Origin: Betaproteobacteria bacterium
GTDB taxonomy: Bacteria; Pseudomonadota; Gammaproteobacteria; Burkholderiales; UBA3065
Direction of reading: 5' to 3'
Assembly (NCBI GenBank): GCA_009927815.1
Contig: RFMI01000093.1
Span: 678 to 64,677 of the forward strand
DNA: 64,000 nt
The notes below the pieces were generated by a model, which had not been told where the DNA came from, ran no database searches, and saw nothing but the letters and a program-made list of their open reading frames with translations. This document shows, one piece after another, positions 12,624 through 26,401 of the stretch; position 1 is the first letter of the stretch; each line of letters opens with the position of its first letter. The position numbers and the translations under genes were made by a program.

Positions 12624-14516
12624 ATGTTCGATTTAATCCGAAACAACCCTCGCATCGCCCAGGCGATTCTTGCCCTGTTGATTCTGCCCTTTGCCGTCTG
12701 GGGCTTGGAGTCTTACTTCACCAGCAGCGGCGGTGACGGGGTCGCCACGGTGGCCGGTGTTCGTATCGCCGAAAAGGATTACCAGCAGCAATTGGCTGAC
12801 CAGCGTGACGCGCTGCGCGAGCAGATGGGCGAGCGCTTCGATCCGACGGTGGCTGAATCCAGCAAGTTCAAGCTCGCGGTGCTCGAGGACATGATTAACC
12901 GCCAGCTTTTGATCGGCACGGCGGTCGGCAATGGCATGACCGTGCCAGACGACAAACTCGCGGACATCATCCGCAAGATCCCGGCCTTTCAGAAGGACGG
13001 CAAGTTCGACGTCAAGACCTACGAGACCCTGCTGCGCCAGCAGGGCTACACGCCAGCCAGCTTCCAAGAGCAGATCCGCGCGCAGATTGTTGGCGAGCAG
13101 AGCAATGGCTTCTTCCAGCGCATGCAATGGATGCCGCAGGTGGTGGTGGACCGTGCCGCTGACCTCGGCGAACAAGAGCGCGATGTTCAGCAGGCGCTGA
13201 TCAGCCCGGATCAGTTCCTTGACAAGGTTGCGGTGACTGCCGACGAAGTGCGAGCGTACTTCGACAAGAATCCGAAAGAGTTCGAGGTTCCGGCACGGCT
13301 CAAGATCGAATACGTGATGCTCGACGCCGCCAAAGTGGCCGAAAAGGCTGTGGTGCCCGACGCTGAGATCGAAGCTTTCTTCAAAGCGAACGAAGGCAAG
13401 TTCGCTACCGAAGAGCAGCGTCGTGCGTCTCACATTCTAATTGGCGTTGATAAGGCCGCCGATGCGGCGGCTCGAACGGCAGCCAAGGCAAAAGCGCAGC
13501 GGCTGCTCGGCGAAGTGCGTGCCGGCAAGGACTTTGGTGAGTTGGCCAAGGCCAATTCGACCGATCCTGGCTCGGCGCAACAGAACGGCGACCTCGGCGC
13601 CTTCGGCCGTGGCGCTATGGTCAAGCCGTTCGAAGACGCCGTGTTCGCGCTCAAGGTCGGGCAGGTGTCGGATGTCGTCGAAACCGACTTCGGCTACCAC
13701 ATCATCAAGCTCACCGAGATCAAGGGCGGTGGCAAGGGCGATCTCGCTTCAGCTCGCCCGCAGATCGAGGCAGAACTGAAGAAGCAGCGCTCCGCCAAGC
13801 AGTTTGCCGAACTCGCCGAAACATTTGCCGACGCCGTTTACGAGCAGAGCGACAGCCTGTCCGCGGCCTCGGCCAAGCTGGGAACCAGCATCCAGACTGC
13901 AGACAACGTGACTCGCAAGGGTATCGAGCGCGACCCCTTGCTGGGCAACGCCAAGTTCCTCAAAGCGCTGTTTGAGGACGCCCTCCCCAACAAACGCAAC
14001 ACCGAAGTGGTTGAGCTGTCGCCGACGCAATTGGTGGCGGCTCGGGTGCTGGCCGAGACACCCTCATCGATACTGCCGTTCGCGGTCATCCAGTCGGACC
14101 TGACTGATCGCCTCAAGCGCAAAAAGGCTGCCGAACTTGCGATCGCCGAGGGCAAGCGCATCATGGCCGACCTCTCCGCCGGTAAGGATGCCCCAGTGAA
14201 GTGGGGTGCCAACTTGACTGTCAGCCGCAAAAAGCCGACGGGTCTGCCGCTGCCGGCGATGCAACTGGTGTTCCGCGCCCGGACGGCGCCATTGCCCTCA
14301 TACGCAGCTGTGGAGATCCCCGGTCAGGGCTACGCGATGTTCCGCATCAACCGCGTCGCTCCGCCGACGGTGTCCGATCCGGCTGAGCGCAAGCGGTATT
14401 CCGACGATGCCAACCGGATGATGGCCGAGGAAGAGCAGAAGATTTATTCGGCGGCGCTGCGGGCCTCAGCCAAGGTCGAGGTCAAGACCGCAGCGGTCGA
14501 GAAGACGGCGCCTTAA
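12624..14516 (+). CDS. ppiD: Periplasmic folding chaperone / peptidyl-prolyl isomerase D
   Basis: N-terminal anchor, SurA-N domain, parvulin motifs [20 protein letters not shown]; conserved position after hupB. Confidence 0.92.
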   Translation: MFDLIRNNPRIAQAILALLILPFAVWGLESYFTSSGGDGVATVAGVRIAEKDYQQQLADQRDALREQMGERFDPTVAESSKFKLAVLEDMINRQLLIGTAVGNGMTVPDDKLADIIRKIPAFQKDGKFDVKTYETLLRQQGYTPASFQEQIRAQIVGEQSNGFFQRMQWMPQVVVDRAADLGEQERDVQQALISPDQFLDKVAVTADEVRAYFDKNPKEFEVPARLKIEYVMLDAAKVAEKAVVPDAEIEAFFKANEGKFATEEQRRASHILIGVDKAADAAARTAAKAKAQRLLGEVRAGKDFGELAKANSTDPGSAQQNGDLGAFGRGAMVKPFEDAVFALKVGQVSDVVETDFGYHIIKLTEIKGGGKGDLASARPQIEAELKKQRSAKQFAELAETFADAVYEQSDSLSAASAKLGTSIQTADNVTRKGIERDPLLGNAKFLKALFEDALPNKRNTEVVELSPTQLVAARVLAETPSSILPFAVIQSDLTDRLKRKKAAELAIAEGKRIMADLSAGKDAPVKWGANLTVSRKKPTGLPLPAMQLVFRARTAPLPSYAAVEIPGQGYAMFRINRVAPPTVSDPAERKRYSDDANRMMAEEEQKIYSAALRASAKVEVKTAAVEKTAP

Positions 14517-15298
14517 GTGCCGCTCATGCCGACGATGTTGTAACCGGCGTCGACGTAGGTGACTTCGCCGGTGATGCCACTGGCGAGATCCGACAACATG
14601 AAGGCTGCGGTGTTGCCGACGTCGTCGATGGTGACGTTGCGGCGCAGCGGTGCGGTTTGCTCCACTGCAGCGAGAATCTTGCCGAAGCCGCCGATGCCAG
14701 CGGCTGCCAGCGTCTTAATCGGTCCCGCCGAAATTGCATTGACGCGGATACCGCGCGGCCCGAGGCTCGCCGCCAAATAGCGAACGTTGGCCTCCAGCGC
14801 AGCTTTGGCGACGCCCATCACGTTGTAATTGGGGATGGCGCGCTCGGCGCCCAGATACGACAGCGTCACGATCGATCCGGCGCGGCCCTGCATCAGCGGC
14901 AGCGCGGCCTTTGCCAGCGCGGTCAGGCTGTAGGCGCTGATGTCGTGGCTGATGCGGAAATCTTCCCGCGTCGCGTGATCAAGGTAATCGCCAGCCAGCG
15001 CTTCACGCGGCGCAAACGCGATGGCGTGCACCAGGCCGTCGAGGGAGTCCCAGTGTTGGCGCAAGTCGGCAAACACCGCGTCGATTTGTTCATCAGAGGC
15101 GACATCGCAATCAAACACGCGCGACTCAGCGCCGAACTCGCGGGCCAGATCTACGGTACGCTGCCGGACGCGTTCACCTTGGCACGTGAAGGCCAGTTCG
15201 GCGCCTTCGCGGTGGGCTGCGACAGCGATGCCGTATGCAATCGAACGATTCGATAGCATCCCGGTCACAAGCAAGCGTTTGCCGGCAAGAAATGGCAT
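14513..15298 (-). CDS. fabI: Enoyl-ACP reductase
   Basis: [31 protein letters not shown]. Confidence 0.97.
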   Translation of the reverse strand: MPFLAGKRLLVTGMLSNRSIAYGIAVAAHREGAELAFTCQGERVRQRTVDLAREFGAESRVFDCDVASDEQIDAVFADLRQHWDSLDGLVHAIAFAPREALAGDYLDHATREDFRISHDISAYSLTALAKAALPLMQGRAGSIVTLSYLGAERAIPNYNVMGVAKAALEANVRYLAASLGPRGIRVNAISAGPIKTLAAAGIGGFGKILAAVEQTAPLRRNVTIDDVGNTAAFMLSDLASGITGEVTYVDAGYNIVGMSGT

Positions 15299-15313
15299 TT
15301 CAGACTCCGATCA

Positions 15314-17524
15314 ATGACCCAGACAAGAGCCGGCGAGTATAGCCGAGCCCCGCATCCCCCCCGCAGCCTGGTGGCGCGCTTGATGACCGGCGCGCTGCTG
15401 GCGTGCGCCTTGAGCGGGTGCTCGCAGCCCTGGAACAACCCCTATCCGGCGGCCGAAACGGGTCAGGCCATCCTCTATTCGGCGTTCGTCGAGCGGCCCA
15501 AACACCTTGACCCGGCGCAGTCGTACAGCGAGAACGAGGCCACCTTCAACGCGCAGATCTACGAGCCGGTGGTGCAGTACCACTATTTTAAGCGTCCGTA
15601 TCAGTTGATCCCTTTGACCGCCAAAGAGTTGCCGAAGCCGATTTACCTCGACGCCTACGGCGGTCTGCTGCCCGACGATGCGCCCGATCAACTGGTGGCG
15701 CAGAGTGTGTACACCATCCGCATCCGTGACGACCGCGCCTACCAACCGCACCCGGCGCTCGCCCGTGACGGCCAAGGCCAGCTCCTCTACCACCAGATGG
15801 GTGAGCCGCAGCGGGCAGCGGTCACGTCCATCTACGACCTGCCGCAGACCGGCAGCCGGCCTTTGCGTGCCGAGGACTACGTTTACGAGATCAAGCGGCT
15901 GGCGCATCCGCGCCTGCACTCGCCGATCTTCGGGCTGATGGCCGAATACATCGTCGGCATGGACGCCTACGCGAAGCGTTTGCGGGTCGAGGACAAGAAA
16001 ATTGGTGGCCAAGGCTTTCTTGACCTGCGGAAGTTCGACCTCCCGGGCGCCGAGGTGATCGACACCAATACCTATCGCGTGCGCGTCAAAGGCAAGTACC
16101 CGCAGTTCGTTTACTGGCTGGCGATGCCCTTCTTTGCGCCGGTTCCCTGGGAGGCGGATAGCTTTTACAGTCAGCCTGGATTCGCCGAACGCAACGTCAG
16201 CCTCGACTGGTATCCGATTGGCACTGGTCCCTATTACCTGGCCGAGAACAACCCGAACAGCCGCATGGTTCTGCGGCGCAATCCGCATTTTCCCGGTGAA
16301 CGCTACCCGGCTGAGGGCGAATCGGGCGACCGCGACCGCGGACTGCTGAAAGACGCGGGCAAGACCATGCCCTTCATCGACACGGTGGTGTTCAGTCGCG
16401 AGCGCGAGTCGATCCCGTACTGGAACAAGTTTCTGCAGGGCTGGTACGACACCTCCGGCATCAGTTCCGACAACTTCGACCAGGCTGTTCAAAGCGCGTC
16501 CGGTGGTGATTCGGTCATCTCCGAGGACATGGCTAAAAAAGGTATCCGCCTCGAAACGGCGCTGTCGGCATCGATCAACTACGTCGGCTTCAATATGCTC
16601 GACCCGGTCGTTGGCGGCAGCTCCGAGCGTGCGCGCAAGCTCCGGCAGGCGCTGTCGATCGCCATCGATTTCGAGGAGAACATCGCCATCTTCGCCAACG
16701 GGCGGGGTATTCCGGCGATGGGGCCGATCGCGCCCGGCATCTGGGGCTACCGTGATGGCGAGGCAGGCCTGAATCCGCTGGTGTACGACTGGGTCGAGGG
16801 CAAACCGCGGCGCAAGTCGATCGCCGAGGCGCGTCGTCTCTTGGCCGAAGCCGGCTATCCGGATGGACGCGACGCCGCCACGGGCCAGCCGCTGGTGCTC
16901 AACTTTGACGCGACCAGTCGCGGCCCCGACGACAAAGCCGAGCTCGACTGGATGCGTAAGCAGTTCGGCAAGCTCAACATCCAGCTGGTGGTTCGTGGCA
17001 CCGACTACAACCGGTTCCAAGAAAAAGTGCGCAAGGGAACCGCGCAAATCTTCGAGTGGGGCTGGAATGCCGATTACCCTGATCCGGAGAATTTTTTGTT
17101 CTTGCTGTATGGCCCGCAGAGCCGGGTCAAGAGTGGCGGCGAGAATTCCGCCAACTACAGCAATCCGGAGTTCGATCGTCTGTTCGAGCAGATGAAGAAC
17201 ATGCCCAACGGTTCGGCGCGTCAAGCCATCATTGATCGCATGCTCGAGATCGTGCGTCAGGACGCCCCGTGGATCTGGGGTCTGCACCCCAAGCGCTACA
17301 GCCTGGTGCATGGCTGGCTTGGCAATGTGAAGCCCAACCAGATGGCGCGCAACGGGCTCAAGTACCAGCGGCTCGATGTGACCGCGCGTGAAGCCGCCCG
17401 CGCCGAGTGGAATGCTCCGGTGGTGTGGCCGCTACTGGCTGTGGCGTTGTTGTCGCTGATTGTGTTTGCGCCGGCATGGCTGGCATGGCGACGCAAGGAG
17501 ACGGCGAAAGGGGTGGCGGCGTGA
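15314..17524 (+). CDS. ABC transporter substrate-binding protein (family 5, peptide/nickel type)
   Basis: Lipobox LSGC, KHLDP, IGTGPY, WNADYPDPENF; extra C-terminal TM helix. Confidence 0.9.
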   Translation: MTQTRAGEYSRAPHPPRSLVARLMTGALLACALSGCSQPWNNPYPAAETGQAILYSAFVERPKHLDPAQSYSENEATFNAQIYEPVVQYHYFKRPYQLIPLTAKELPKPIYLDAYGGLLPDDAPDQLVAQSVYTIRIRDDRAYQPHPALARDGQGQLLYHQMGEPQRAAVTSIYDLPQTGSRPLRAEDYVYEIKRLAHPRLHSPIFGLMAEYIVGMDAYAKRLRVEDKKIGGQGFLDLRKFDLPGAEVIDTNTYRVRVKGKYPQFVYWLAMPFFAPVPWEADSFYSQPGFAERNVSLDWYPIGTGPYYLAENNPNSRMVLRRNPHFPGERYPAEGESGDRDRGLLKDAGKTMPFIDTVVFSRERESIPYWNKFLQGWYDTSGISSDNFDQAVQSASGGDSVISEDMAKKGIRLETALSASINYVGFNMLDPVVGGSSERARKLRQALSIAIDFEENIAIFANGRGIPAMGPIAPGIWGYRDGEAGLNPLVYDWVEGKPRRKSIAEARRLLAEAGYPDGRDAATGQPLVLNFDATSRGPDDKAELDWMRKQFGKLNIQLVVRGTDYNRFQEKVRKGTAQIFEWGWNADYPDPENFLFLLYGPQSRVKSGGENSANYSNPEFDRLFEQMKNMPNGSARQAIIDRMLEIVRQDAPWIWGLHPKRYSLVHGWLGNVKPNQMARNGLKYQRLDVTAREAARAEWNAPVVWPLLAVALLSLIVFAPAWLAWRRKETAKGVAA

Positions 17525-18498
17525 TCAACTACATTATCCGGCGCGTCCTGTATGCCTTGCCGATCCTGATCGGCGTCAATCTGATCACCTTTGCCTTGTT
17601 CTTTGTGGTGAACACGCCCGAGGACATGGCGCGCATGCAGTTGGGCATGAAGCGAGTCACGCCGGAGGCCATCGAGCGCTGGAAGGCCGAGCGCGGCTAC
17701 GACAAGCCCTTGGTATTCGACGCAAGCAAGCAGGGTGTGCACACAGTCACCGAGACCATCTTCTTTGAGAAGTCCGCGGCCATGTTCGCCCTCGATTTCG
17801 GTCAGGCTGATGACGGTCGTGACATCGCCAGCGAGATCGCCAAGCGCGCGGGCCCCAGCCTCGCCATCGCCTTGCCAGTGTTCGTTGTAGGGCTGATGAC
17901 CATGGTCAGCGTGGCCCTGCTGATGGTGTTTTTCCGGGCTACGTATGTCGACGCCGGTGGCGTGGTGCTGTGCGTCGCATTGATGTCGATCTCGGCCCTG
18001 TTTTACATCATCGCCGGACAGTGGCTGGTGGCCAAGGTCTGGCGGCTGGTGCCGATCTCAGGCTTTGCCGACGGCGGCGATGCGCTGCGCTTTTTGCTGC
18101 TGCCGGTGCTGATCGGCGTGGTCAGCGGCATCGGCTCCGGCGCGCGTTGGTATCGCACCCTGTTTCTCGAGGAAATCAACCGCGAGTATGTGCGGACCGC
18201 GCGCGCCAAGGGCCTGTCCGAATTGCAGGTGTTGTTCCGGCATGTGCTGCGCAACGGTCTCATTCCCATCCTCACGGCTTCGGTTGCAGCCATTCCGCTG
18301 CTGTTCATGGGCAGCCTGCTGACCGAGAGCTTCTTCGGCATCCCCGGTTTGGGCAGCTACACCATCGACGCCATCAACCATCAGGACTTCGCTGTGGTGC
18401 GCTCGATGGTGTTCCTCGGCTCGGCGCTGTACATCGTCGGACTGGTGCTCACCGATATCTCGTACACGTGGGCTGATCCGCGGGTGAGGCTGGAATGA
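17521..18498 (+). CDS. ABC peptide transporter permease (OppB/DppB-like)
   Basis: YIIRR start, YVRTARAKGL EAA-type loop, PGLG, DPRVRL; GTG overlaps the previous stop. Confidence 0.92.
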   Translation: MINYIIRRVLYALPILIGVNLITFALFFVVNTPEDMARMQLGMKRVTPEAIERWKAERGYDKPLVFDASKQGVHTVTETIFFEKSAAMFALDFGQADDGRDIASEIAKRAGPSLAIALPVFVVGLMTMVSVALLMVFFRATYVDAGGVVLCVALMSISALFYIIAGQWLVAKVWRLVPISGFADGGDALRFLLLPVLIGVVSGIGSGARWYRTLFLEEINREYVRTARAKGLSELQVLFRHVLRNGLIPILTASVAAIPLLFMGSLLTESFFGIPGLGSYTIDAINHQDFAVVRSMVFLGSALYIVGLVLTDISYTWADPRVRLE

Positions 18499-19922
18499 GC
18501 GCATTCCTCGGGTTTAAGCCGGCACTGTTGTGGACCGATGCACTATTGCTGCTGCTGGTAGTCGCGGTCTTGCTGGTGGTGCGTCACATCCGCCGTCACG
18601 AGCACCTGGCGGCACCCTGGCGCAAAGTCGCGCTGTCGCGTGCGGGTATGGTTTCGGCCACCGTGTTGATGGTGTTCGCCACGATTGGTCTGCTCGATTC
18701 GATGCACTATCGACCGGAGTTGCCCCGTGAGCCGGGAGCCCCGGCTGGAGCGGTGCGCTACGCGGTCGAGATGCGCAGCCTCCTGGACCATCTGCTCGAT
18801 CCGCTGCCGGTGCAGGTGGAGACCAGCTATTCGGCGCCGCTGGCGACCCAAGCCTTCAACAAGACTTCGATGGAGAGTGACTCGGGCACCGTGCGGGACT
18901 ATCCACGGCTCAAGTTTGGCGGGGCGCACCTGTCCGATTCCAACACGCAATGGGCCACCGACATCAGCGCCCGTGTACTGCGCGGCACCCTTTGGGGTTT
19001 GGCGACGGGACTGGCCATCCTGCTGTTCGCGGCCTTCGTGCGGGGTCCGGCGCAGGCCCTGTCGCGGTTGTTCCGCTGGCTGGTCGGCAATGGTGACGAC
19101 GCCGTGCACTGCGTCGCTTGGACCGTGTTGGCGCTCTCAGTGCTGGGCGGCGCTGTGGCGACGCTGGCGCAGGGCTATCACGTGTTCGGCACTGACAAGG
19201 TGGGACAGGACGTGCTCTACCAGATTCTCAAGAGCATCCGCACCGCGCTCGTCATCGGCACGCTGACCACGCTGGTGACGCTGCCCATCGGCGTGGTGCT
19301 GGGCATAGCGGCAGGGTACTTCCGCGGCTGGATCGACGATGTTATCCAGTACCTGTACACCACCCTCAACTCGATCCCGGGTGTGCTGCTGATTGCCGCC
19401 GCGGTGCTGATGACGCAGGTGTTCATGGATACGCATCCCGAGGCGTTCGAGACGGTCACCGAGCGTGCCGATTTCCGCTTGTTGTTCCTGTGCCTGATCC
19501 TCGGCATCACCAGCTGGACCGGGCTGGCACGACTGCTGCGCGGCGAGACGCTTAAGCTGCGCGAGCTCGAGTACGTGCAGGCGGCGCAGGCTTTCGGCGT
19601 GTCGAGTGCGGCGATCATCGGGCGGCACATCGTGCCGAATGTCATGCACATCATCCTGATTAGTCTGGTGATGGACTTTTCCGGCCTCGTTTTGGCCGAG
19701 GCGGTCCTCAGCTATGTTGGCGTCGGGGTCGACCCGTCGATGATCAGTTTCGGCACCATGATCAACTCAGCGCGCCTCGAGATGGCCCGCGAACCCATGG
19801 TTTGGTGGGCACTGGCGGCGGCCTTCGTGGTGATGTTCGTGCTGGTGCTGGCGGCCAATCTGTTCGCCGACGCCGTGCGCGACGCACTCGATCCGCGCAC
19901 CCGTGTGCGGGGGGTGGCATGA
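18495..19922 (+). CDS. ABC peptide transporter permease (OppC/DppC-like)
   Basis: HVFGTDKVGQDV, EYVQAAQAFG, HIVPN, DALDPR. Confidence 0.92.
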   Translation: MSAFLGFKPALLWTDALLLLLVVAVLLVVRHIRRHEHLAAPWRKVALSRAGMVSATVLMVFATIGLLDSMHYRPELPREPGAPAGAVRYAVEMRSLLDHLLDPLPVQVETSYSAPLATQAFNKTSMESDSGTVRDYPRLKFGGAHLSDSNTQWATDISARVLRGTLWGLATGLAILLFAAFVRGPAQALSRLFRWLVGNGDDAVHCVAWTVLALSVLGGAVATLAQGYHVFGTDKVGQDVLYQILKSIRTALVIGTLTTLVTLPIGVVLGIAAGYFRGWIDDVIQYLYTTLNSIPGVLLIAAAVLMTQVFMDTHPEAFETVTERADFRLLFLCLILGITSWTGLARLLRGETLKLRELEYVQAAQAFGVSSAAIIGRHIVPNVMHIILISLVMDFSGLVLAEAVLSYVGVGVDPSMISFGTMINSARLEMAREPMVWWALAAAFVVMFVLVLAANLFADAVRDALDPRTRVRGVA

Positions 19923-21988
19923 GCGATAGCGTATTGCGCGTCAGCGATCTGGACGTCGACCTGCACCTGGGCGGCAAGCGGGTGCGGGCGGTGGCCGGCG
20001 TCGGTCTGGAGATCCGTCGCGGCGAGACCTTTGCCCTGCTCGGCGAGTCCGGCTGCGGCAAGTCGATGACGGCGCTGGCGCTGATGCGCTTGTTGCCCGA
20101 CGTCGCCGGCATCGCCGGTGGCCAAGTGCGCCTCGATGACGAGGACATCCTGCAGCGCCCCGAGGCCCTGATGCGCGAGTTGCGCGGTCGCCGCATGGCA
20201 ATGATCTTCCAGGAGCCGATGCTCTCGCTGAATCCGGTGATGACCATCGGCGACCAGATCGGCGAGGTGCTGACCGGTCACTTGGGGCTGTCGGGTGCTG
20301 CGGCGCGGACGCGCACCATCGAGTTGCTGACAGCGGTCGGCATCGCCGACCCGCAACGGCGGATCCGCGAATACCCGTTCCAGTTGTCGGGTGGTATGAA
20401 GCAGCGCGTCATGATCGCCATGGCGCTGGCGGGCGAGCCGGAACTGCTGATCGCTGATGAGCCAACCACTGCGCTTGACGTGACCATCCAGGCGCAGGTG
20501 CTCGACCTGCTGCGCCGCCTGCAGGCCGAGCGCGGCATGTCGCTGCTGCTCATCACCCACGACCTTGGCGTCGTGGCGAACATGGCCCATCAGGTGGCAG
20601 TGATGTACGCCGGCCAGGTGGTCGAGAGCGGGTCCTGCGAGCAAGTCTTGCAGCGTCCCCGCCACCCGTACACGCGCTTGCTGTTGACTGCGCTGCCTGA
20701 GATCACCGGCAGCAACCAGCAGCTGGCGACCATCCCCGGGCAGGTGCCGCCGCTTGATGGCGGCATTGCCGGCTGCCGCTTCGCGCCGCGCTGCGCGTGG
20801 GTGCGCGACGACTGTCGCAGCCGGGCCCCGGTCTGGCAGGGCGAGTTGCGCGACGGTGTGCGTTGCCCGCATGTGGCGGAGCTCGCGCCGCTGCCAGAGC
20901 AACTGCGCGAGCCGATGGCGCGGCCCTTGCACGTCGGCCCCCCTCTGTTGCAGGTGCAGGACGTGCAGGTCCATTTCCCGATTCGCGCCGGCCTGCTGCA
21001 GCGCCAAGTGGGCGCGGTGAAGGCGGTCGACGGCGTGAATCTTGCGATTGCGGCGGGACAGACCTTGGCGTTGGTCGGCGAGTCGGGCTGCGGCAAGACC
21101 ACGGTCGGCAAGGCCATCGTTCGCTTAAATCGACTCACTGCCGGAGACATCCGTTACGCCGGTCAGCCGTGGGCCAGTCTGGACGGCGAGGCGCTGCGGC
21201 GTCAGCGCAGCCAAGTCCAGATCGTGTTCCAGGATCCCTACGCCTCACTCGACCCGCGAATGCGCGTGGCCGACATCCTCATGGAGGGTATGGCCTCGCT
21301 CGGCGTCGGCGGCAGCTCGGCGGAGCGATTGGCGCGAGTCGACCGCTTGCTCGACCAGGTCGGATTGCCCGCGGCAGCGCGCTGGCGATATCCGCATGAG
21401 TTTTCGGGTGGCCAGCGCCAGCGCATCGCCATCGCCCGGGCGCTGGCGGTCGAGCCGAAACTGATCGTCTGCGACGAGCCGACCTCGGCGCTCGACGTCT
21501 CGGTGCAAGCGCAGATCCTCAACCTGCTGCGTGATTTGCAGACCGAGCTGGGCGTCGCGTATTTGCTGATTTCACACAATCTGTCGGTGGTCGAATATTT
21601 GGCGCACGAGGTCGCGGTGATGTACCTCGGCCGCATCGTCGAGCAAGGCGAGGCCAAAGCCGTACTCAAGCGTCCCCAGCATCCGTACACGCAGGCGCTG
21701 CTGTCAGCGATTCCGAGGGTCGACGTGGCGCGTCAGCCGCAGCGCATCCAGCTGAACGGCGAGTTGCCGTCGCCGGCCGATCCACCCACCGGCTGCCACT
21801 TCAACCCGCGCTGCGCGCACGCCGATCGGTTGTGCCGCCAGGAATACCCGCCGGTCACCGTTGCTGATGGACGCGAGGTGCGTTGCCACCACATCGTGCA
21901 GACCGGCGGCGCTTATGTGCCGGCACCGCTTAAGCCGGCGCTCGGGGGCGATGACGCGATCTCGAAGCTTCCGCAGGGCCCGGCCTGA
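19919..21988 (+). CDS. ABC peptide transporter ATP-binding protein, two fused NBDs
   Basis: Two Walker A motifs (GESGCGKS/T), LSGG and FSGG signatures, DEPT twice, oligopeptide C-terminal HPYT/Cys motifs. Confidence 0.93.
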   Translation: MSDSVLRVSDLDVDLHLGGKRVRAVAGVGLEIRRGETFALLGESGCGKSMTALALMRLLPDVAGIAGGQVRLDDEDILQRPEALMRELRGRRMAMIFQEPMLSLNPVMTIGDQIGEVLTGHLGLSGAAARTRTIELLTAVGIADPQRRIREYPFQLSGGMKQRVMIAMALAGEPELLIADEPTTALDVTIQAQVLDLLRRLQAERGMSLLLITHDLGVVANMAHQVAVMYAGQVVESGSCEQVLQRPRHPYTRLLLTALPEITGSNQQLATIPGQVPPLDGGIAGCRFAPRCAWVRDDCRSRAPVWQGELRDGVRCPHVAELAPLPEQLREPMARPLHVGPPLLQVQDVQVHFPIRAGLLQRQVGAVKAVDGVNLAIAAGQTLALVGESGCGKTTVGKAIVRLNRLTAGDIRYAGQPWASLDGEALRRQRSQVQIVFQDPYASLDPRMRVADILMEGMASLGVGGSSAERLARVDRLLDQVGLPAAARWRYPHEFSGGQRQRIAIARALAVEPKLIVCDEPTSALDVSVQAQILNLLRDLQTELGVAYLLISHNLSVVEYLAHEVAVMYLGRIVEQGEAKAVLKRPQHPYTQALLSAIPRVDVARQPQRIQLNGELPSPADPPTGCHFNPRCAHADRLCRQEYPPVTVADGREVRCHHIVQTGGAYVPAPLKPALGGDDAISKLPQGPA

Positions 21989-22016
21989 GCGTCTGCCGCG
22001 GCTTGATTTGCGGGAG

Positions 22017-24273
<2,257 letters not shown>

Positions 24274-24295
24274 CGGCTGCCGAGGCGTGGCCGAC

Positions 24296-24568
24296 TTAGG
24301 CCGAAGCCGTGCTCTCCGACACCACGCTGACAGTGCGGCGCTTCTTCTCGCCCTTGACGGTGAAGTCGACGCGTCCCTCGGTCAACGCGAACAGGGTGTG
24401 GTCCTTGCCCATGCCGACGTTATCGCCCGGGTGAAACTCGGTCCCGCGTTGGCGCACGATGATGTTGCCCGGTACCACGGCTTCGCCGCCGTAGACCTTG
24501 ACGCCAAGGCGTTTGCTTTCCGAGTCGCGGCCGTTGCGTGAACTGCCGCCTGCCTTTTTGTGTGCCAT
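24296..24568 (-). CDS. rpmA: 50S ribosomal protein L27
   Basis: [16 protein letters not shown]. Confidence 0.99.
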   Translation of the reverse strand: MAHKKAGGSSRNGRDSESKRLGVKVYGGEAVVPGNIIVRQRGTEFHPGDNVGMGKDHTLFALTEGRVDFTVKGEKKRRTVSVVSESTASA

Positions 24569-24580
24569 TGTGCTTTCTCC

Positions 24581-24895
24581 TTACTTGGCCGAGATGCTGT
24601 CGATCAGCAGTTCGGTGAAGTTCTGACGATGTCCCATGCGCTTCTGGTAATGCTTGCGGCGGCGCATCTTGAAGATGCGGATCTTATCGCCACGGCCATG
24701 GGACACCACGGTAGCCTTGACCGAGGCGCCGGCCAGCAGCGGGGTGCCCACCGACACCGACTCGCCGTCACCGATCATCAAAACCTGGTCCAGCGCGATC
24801 TGGCTGCCGGCTTCGGCCACCAGAGTCTCGACGCGCAACTTGGCGCCCGGCTCGACGCGGTACTGCTTGCCACCTGTCTTGATCACTGCGTACAT
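24581..24895 (-). CDS. rplU: 50S ribosomal protein L21
   Basis: [18 protein letters not shown]. Confidence 0.99.
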   Translation of the reverse strand: MYAVIKTGGKQYRVEPGAKLRVETLVAEAGSQIALDQVLMIGDGESVSVGTPLLAGASVKATVVSHGRGDKIRIFKMRRRKHYQKRMGHRQNFTELLIDSISAK

Positions 24896-25061
24896 ATCGT
24901 GTCCTGCCATTGCGGGATTAGTAAACCGGTAAGGATATCAAGGCATCTGCCAGTTCGTCAAAGATTTCGGGGGGCGGAGTCGCGTGGGCGGTTGAGGCGT
25001 GGCTGGCCGCTGCGCTAGACTCGCCGCACTTGATCAAGGCCGTCCGGCCACAGGACCCTGC

Positions 25062-26030
25062 GTGGCACTCGCTCTCATCCAGCAGCATCTCGCGGCCGAC
25101 ATGGCCGCTGTCGACCGGGTCATCCGCGAGCGCCTGCATTCCGAGGTGGCGCTGGTCAGCCAAGTCGCGGATTACATCATCTCGGCGGGCGGCAAGCGCC
25201 TGCGTCCGGCGCTGGTGGTGCTGTCGTCGCGGGCGCATGGCATCCAGGATGCCCGCGTCCACGAGTTGGCGGCCATCATCGAGTTCATCCACACCGCGAC
25301 CCTGCTGCACGATGACGTCGTCGACGAGTCGGCGCTGCGCCGCGGACGTGACACCGCCAACGCGGCGTTCGGCAATGCGCCGGCTGTGCTGGTCGGCGAT
25401 TTTCTCTACAGCCGCGCGTTTCAGATGATGGTCGGGATTGGCAGCATGCGAGTGATGGAGGTGCTGGCCGACGCCACCAACATCATTGCCGAGGGTGAGG
25501 TGTTGCAGCTGATGAATTGCAACGACCCGGACATCGACGAGGCCGCTTACCTGCGGGTGATTCGTTACAAGACGGCAAAACTGTTTGAGGCATCGACGCG
25601 ACTGGGCGCCGTGCTGGGTGCGGCCGACGCGCCTCACGAGGCCGCTATGGCCGAGTACGGGATGCGTCTTGGCACGGCCTACCAGCTGGTCGACGACATC
25701 CTCGACTATTCGGGCGACTCGGGCAGTACGGGCAAGAATGTGGGTGACGACCTCGCCGAGGGCAAGCCGACGCTACCGCTGATCCACGTGCTCAAACATG
25801 GTGACGCCGAGGAGCGCGCCCTCGTGCGGCGGGCGATCGAGGATGGCGGCGCCGGCGACATTGACGCGGTGCTCGCAGCGATCCGCCGGACCGGCGCCCT
25901 CGATTACGCGCGGCAGGTCGCAGACGCCGAGTTGGCCGCCGCGCGGGCCGCGTTGGACTCGCTGCAGGCTTCACCCGATCGCGAAGTTCTGCTATCTTTG
26001 ACAGTCTTTGCAGCCGAACGCGACCGTTGA
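25062..26030 (+). CDS. ispB: Polyprenyl (octaprenyl) diphosphate synthase
   Basis: GGKRLRP, LLHDDVVD, DDILD, EGK; divergent from rplU as usual. Confidence 0.94.
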   Translation: MALALIQQHLAADMAAVDRVIRERLHSEVALVSQVADYIISAGGKRLRPALVVLSSRAHGIQDARVHELAAIIEFIHTATLLHDDVVDESALRRGRDTANAAFGNAPAVLVGDFLYSRAFQMMVGIGSMRVMEVLADATNIIAEGEVLQLMNCNDPDIDEAAYLRVIRYKTAKLFEASTRLGAVLGAADAPHEAAMAEYGMRLGTAYQLVDDILDYSGDSGSTGKNVGDDLAEGKPTLPLIHVLKHGDAEERALVRRAIEDGGAGDIDAVLAAIRRTGALDYARQVADAELAAARAALDSLQASPDREVLLSLTVFAAERDR

Positions 26031-26058
26031 GTCACGTTGGGCCGTGCGAAGCGGGAAT

Positions 26059-26142
<84 letters not shown>

Positions 26143-26162
26143 TTCGGAGACTTGCCAACGTC

Positions 26163-26399
26163 ATGTTCAAGCTCCTGGCTCTCCTCATAGGCATCGCCGG
26201 CGGTTTATGGTGGTTTGCTCGGTCTGGTCGAGTGCGGTCGAGCGATCGCGGCGGCCGGAGCCGTTCCGATCCGGCCCGTCTGGCGCCGCAGATGCTCCGT
26301 TGCGAGTACTGCAACGTCCACTTTCCAGAGTCTGAGGCGGTCAACGCGGAGAAACACGTGTTCTGCTGCGCCGAGCATCGCGCCGCCGCGGGGTACTGA
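26163..26399 (+). CDS. Small membrane-anchored Cys-rich protein (PP0621-like)
   Basis: N-terminal TM helix, then CEYC-VHFP...FCCAEH. Confidence 0.75.
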   Translation: MFKLLALLIGIAGGLWWFARSGRVRSSDRGGRSRSDPARLAPQMLRCEYCNVHFPESEAVNAEKHVFCCAEHRAAAGY

Positions 26400-26401
26400 G
26401 C

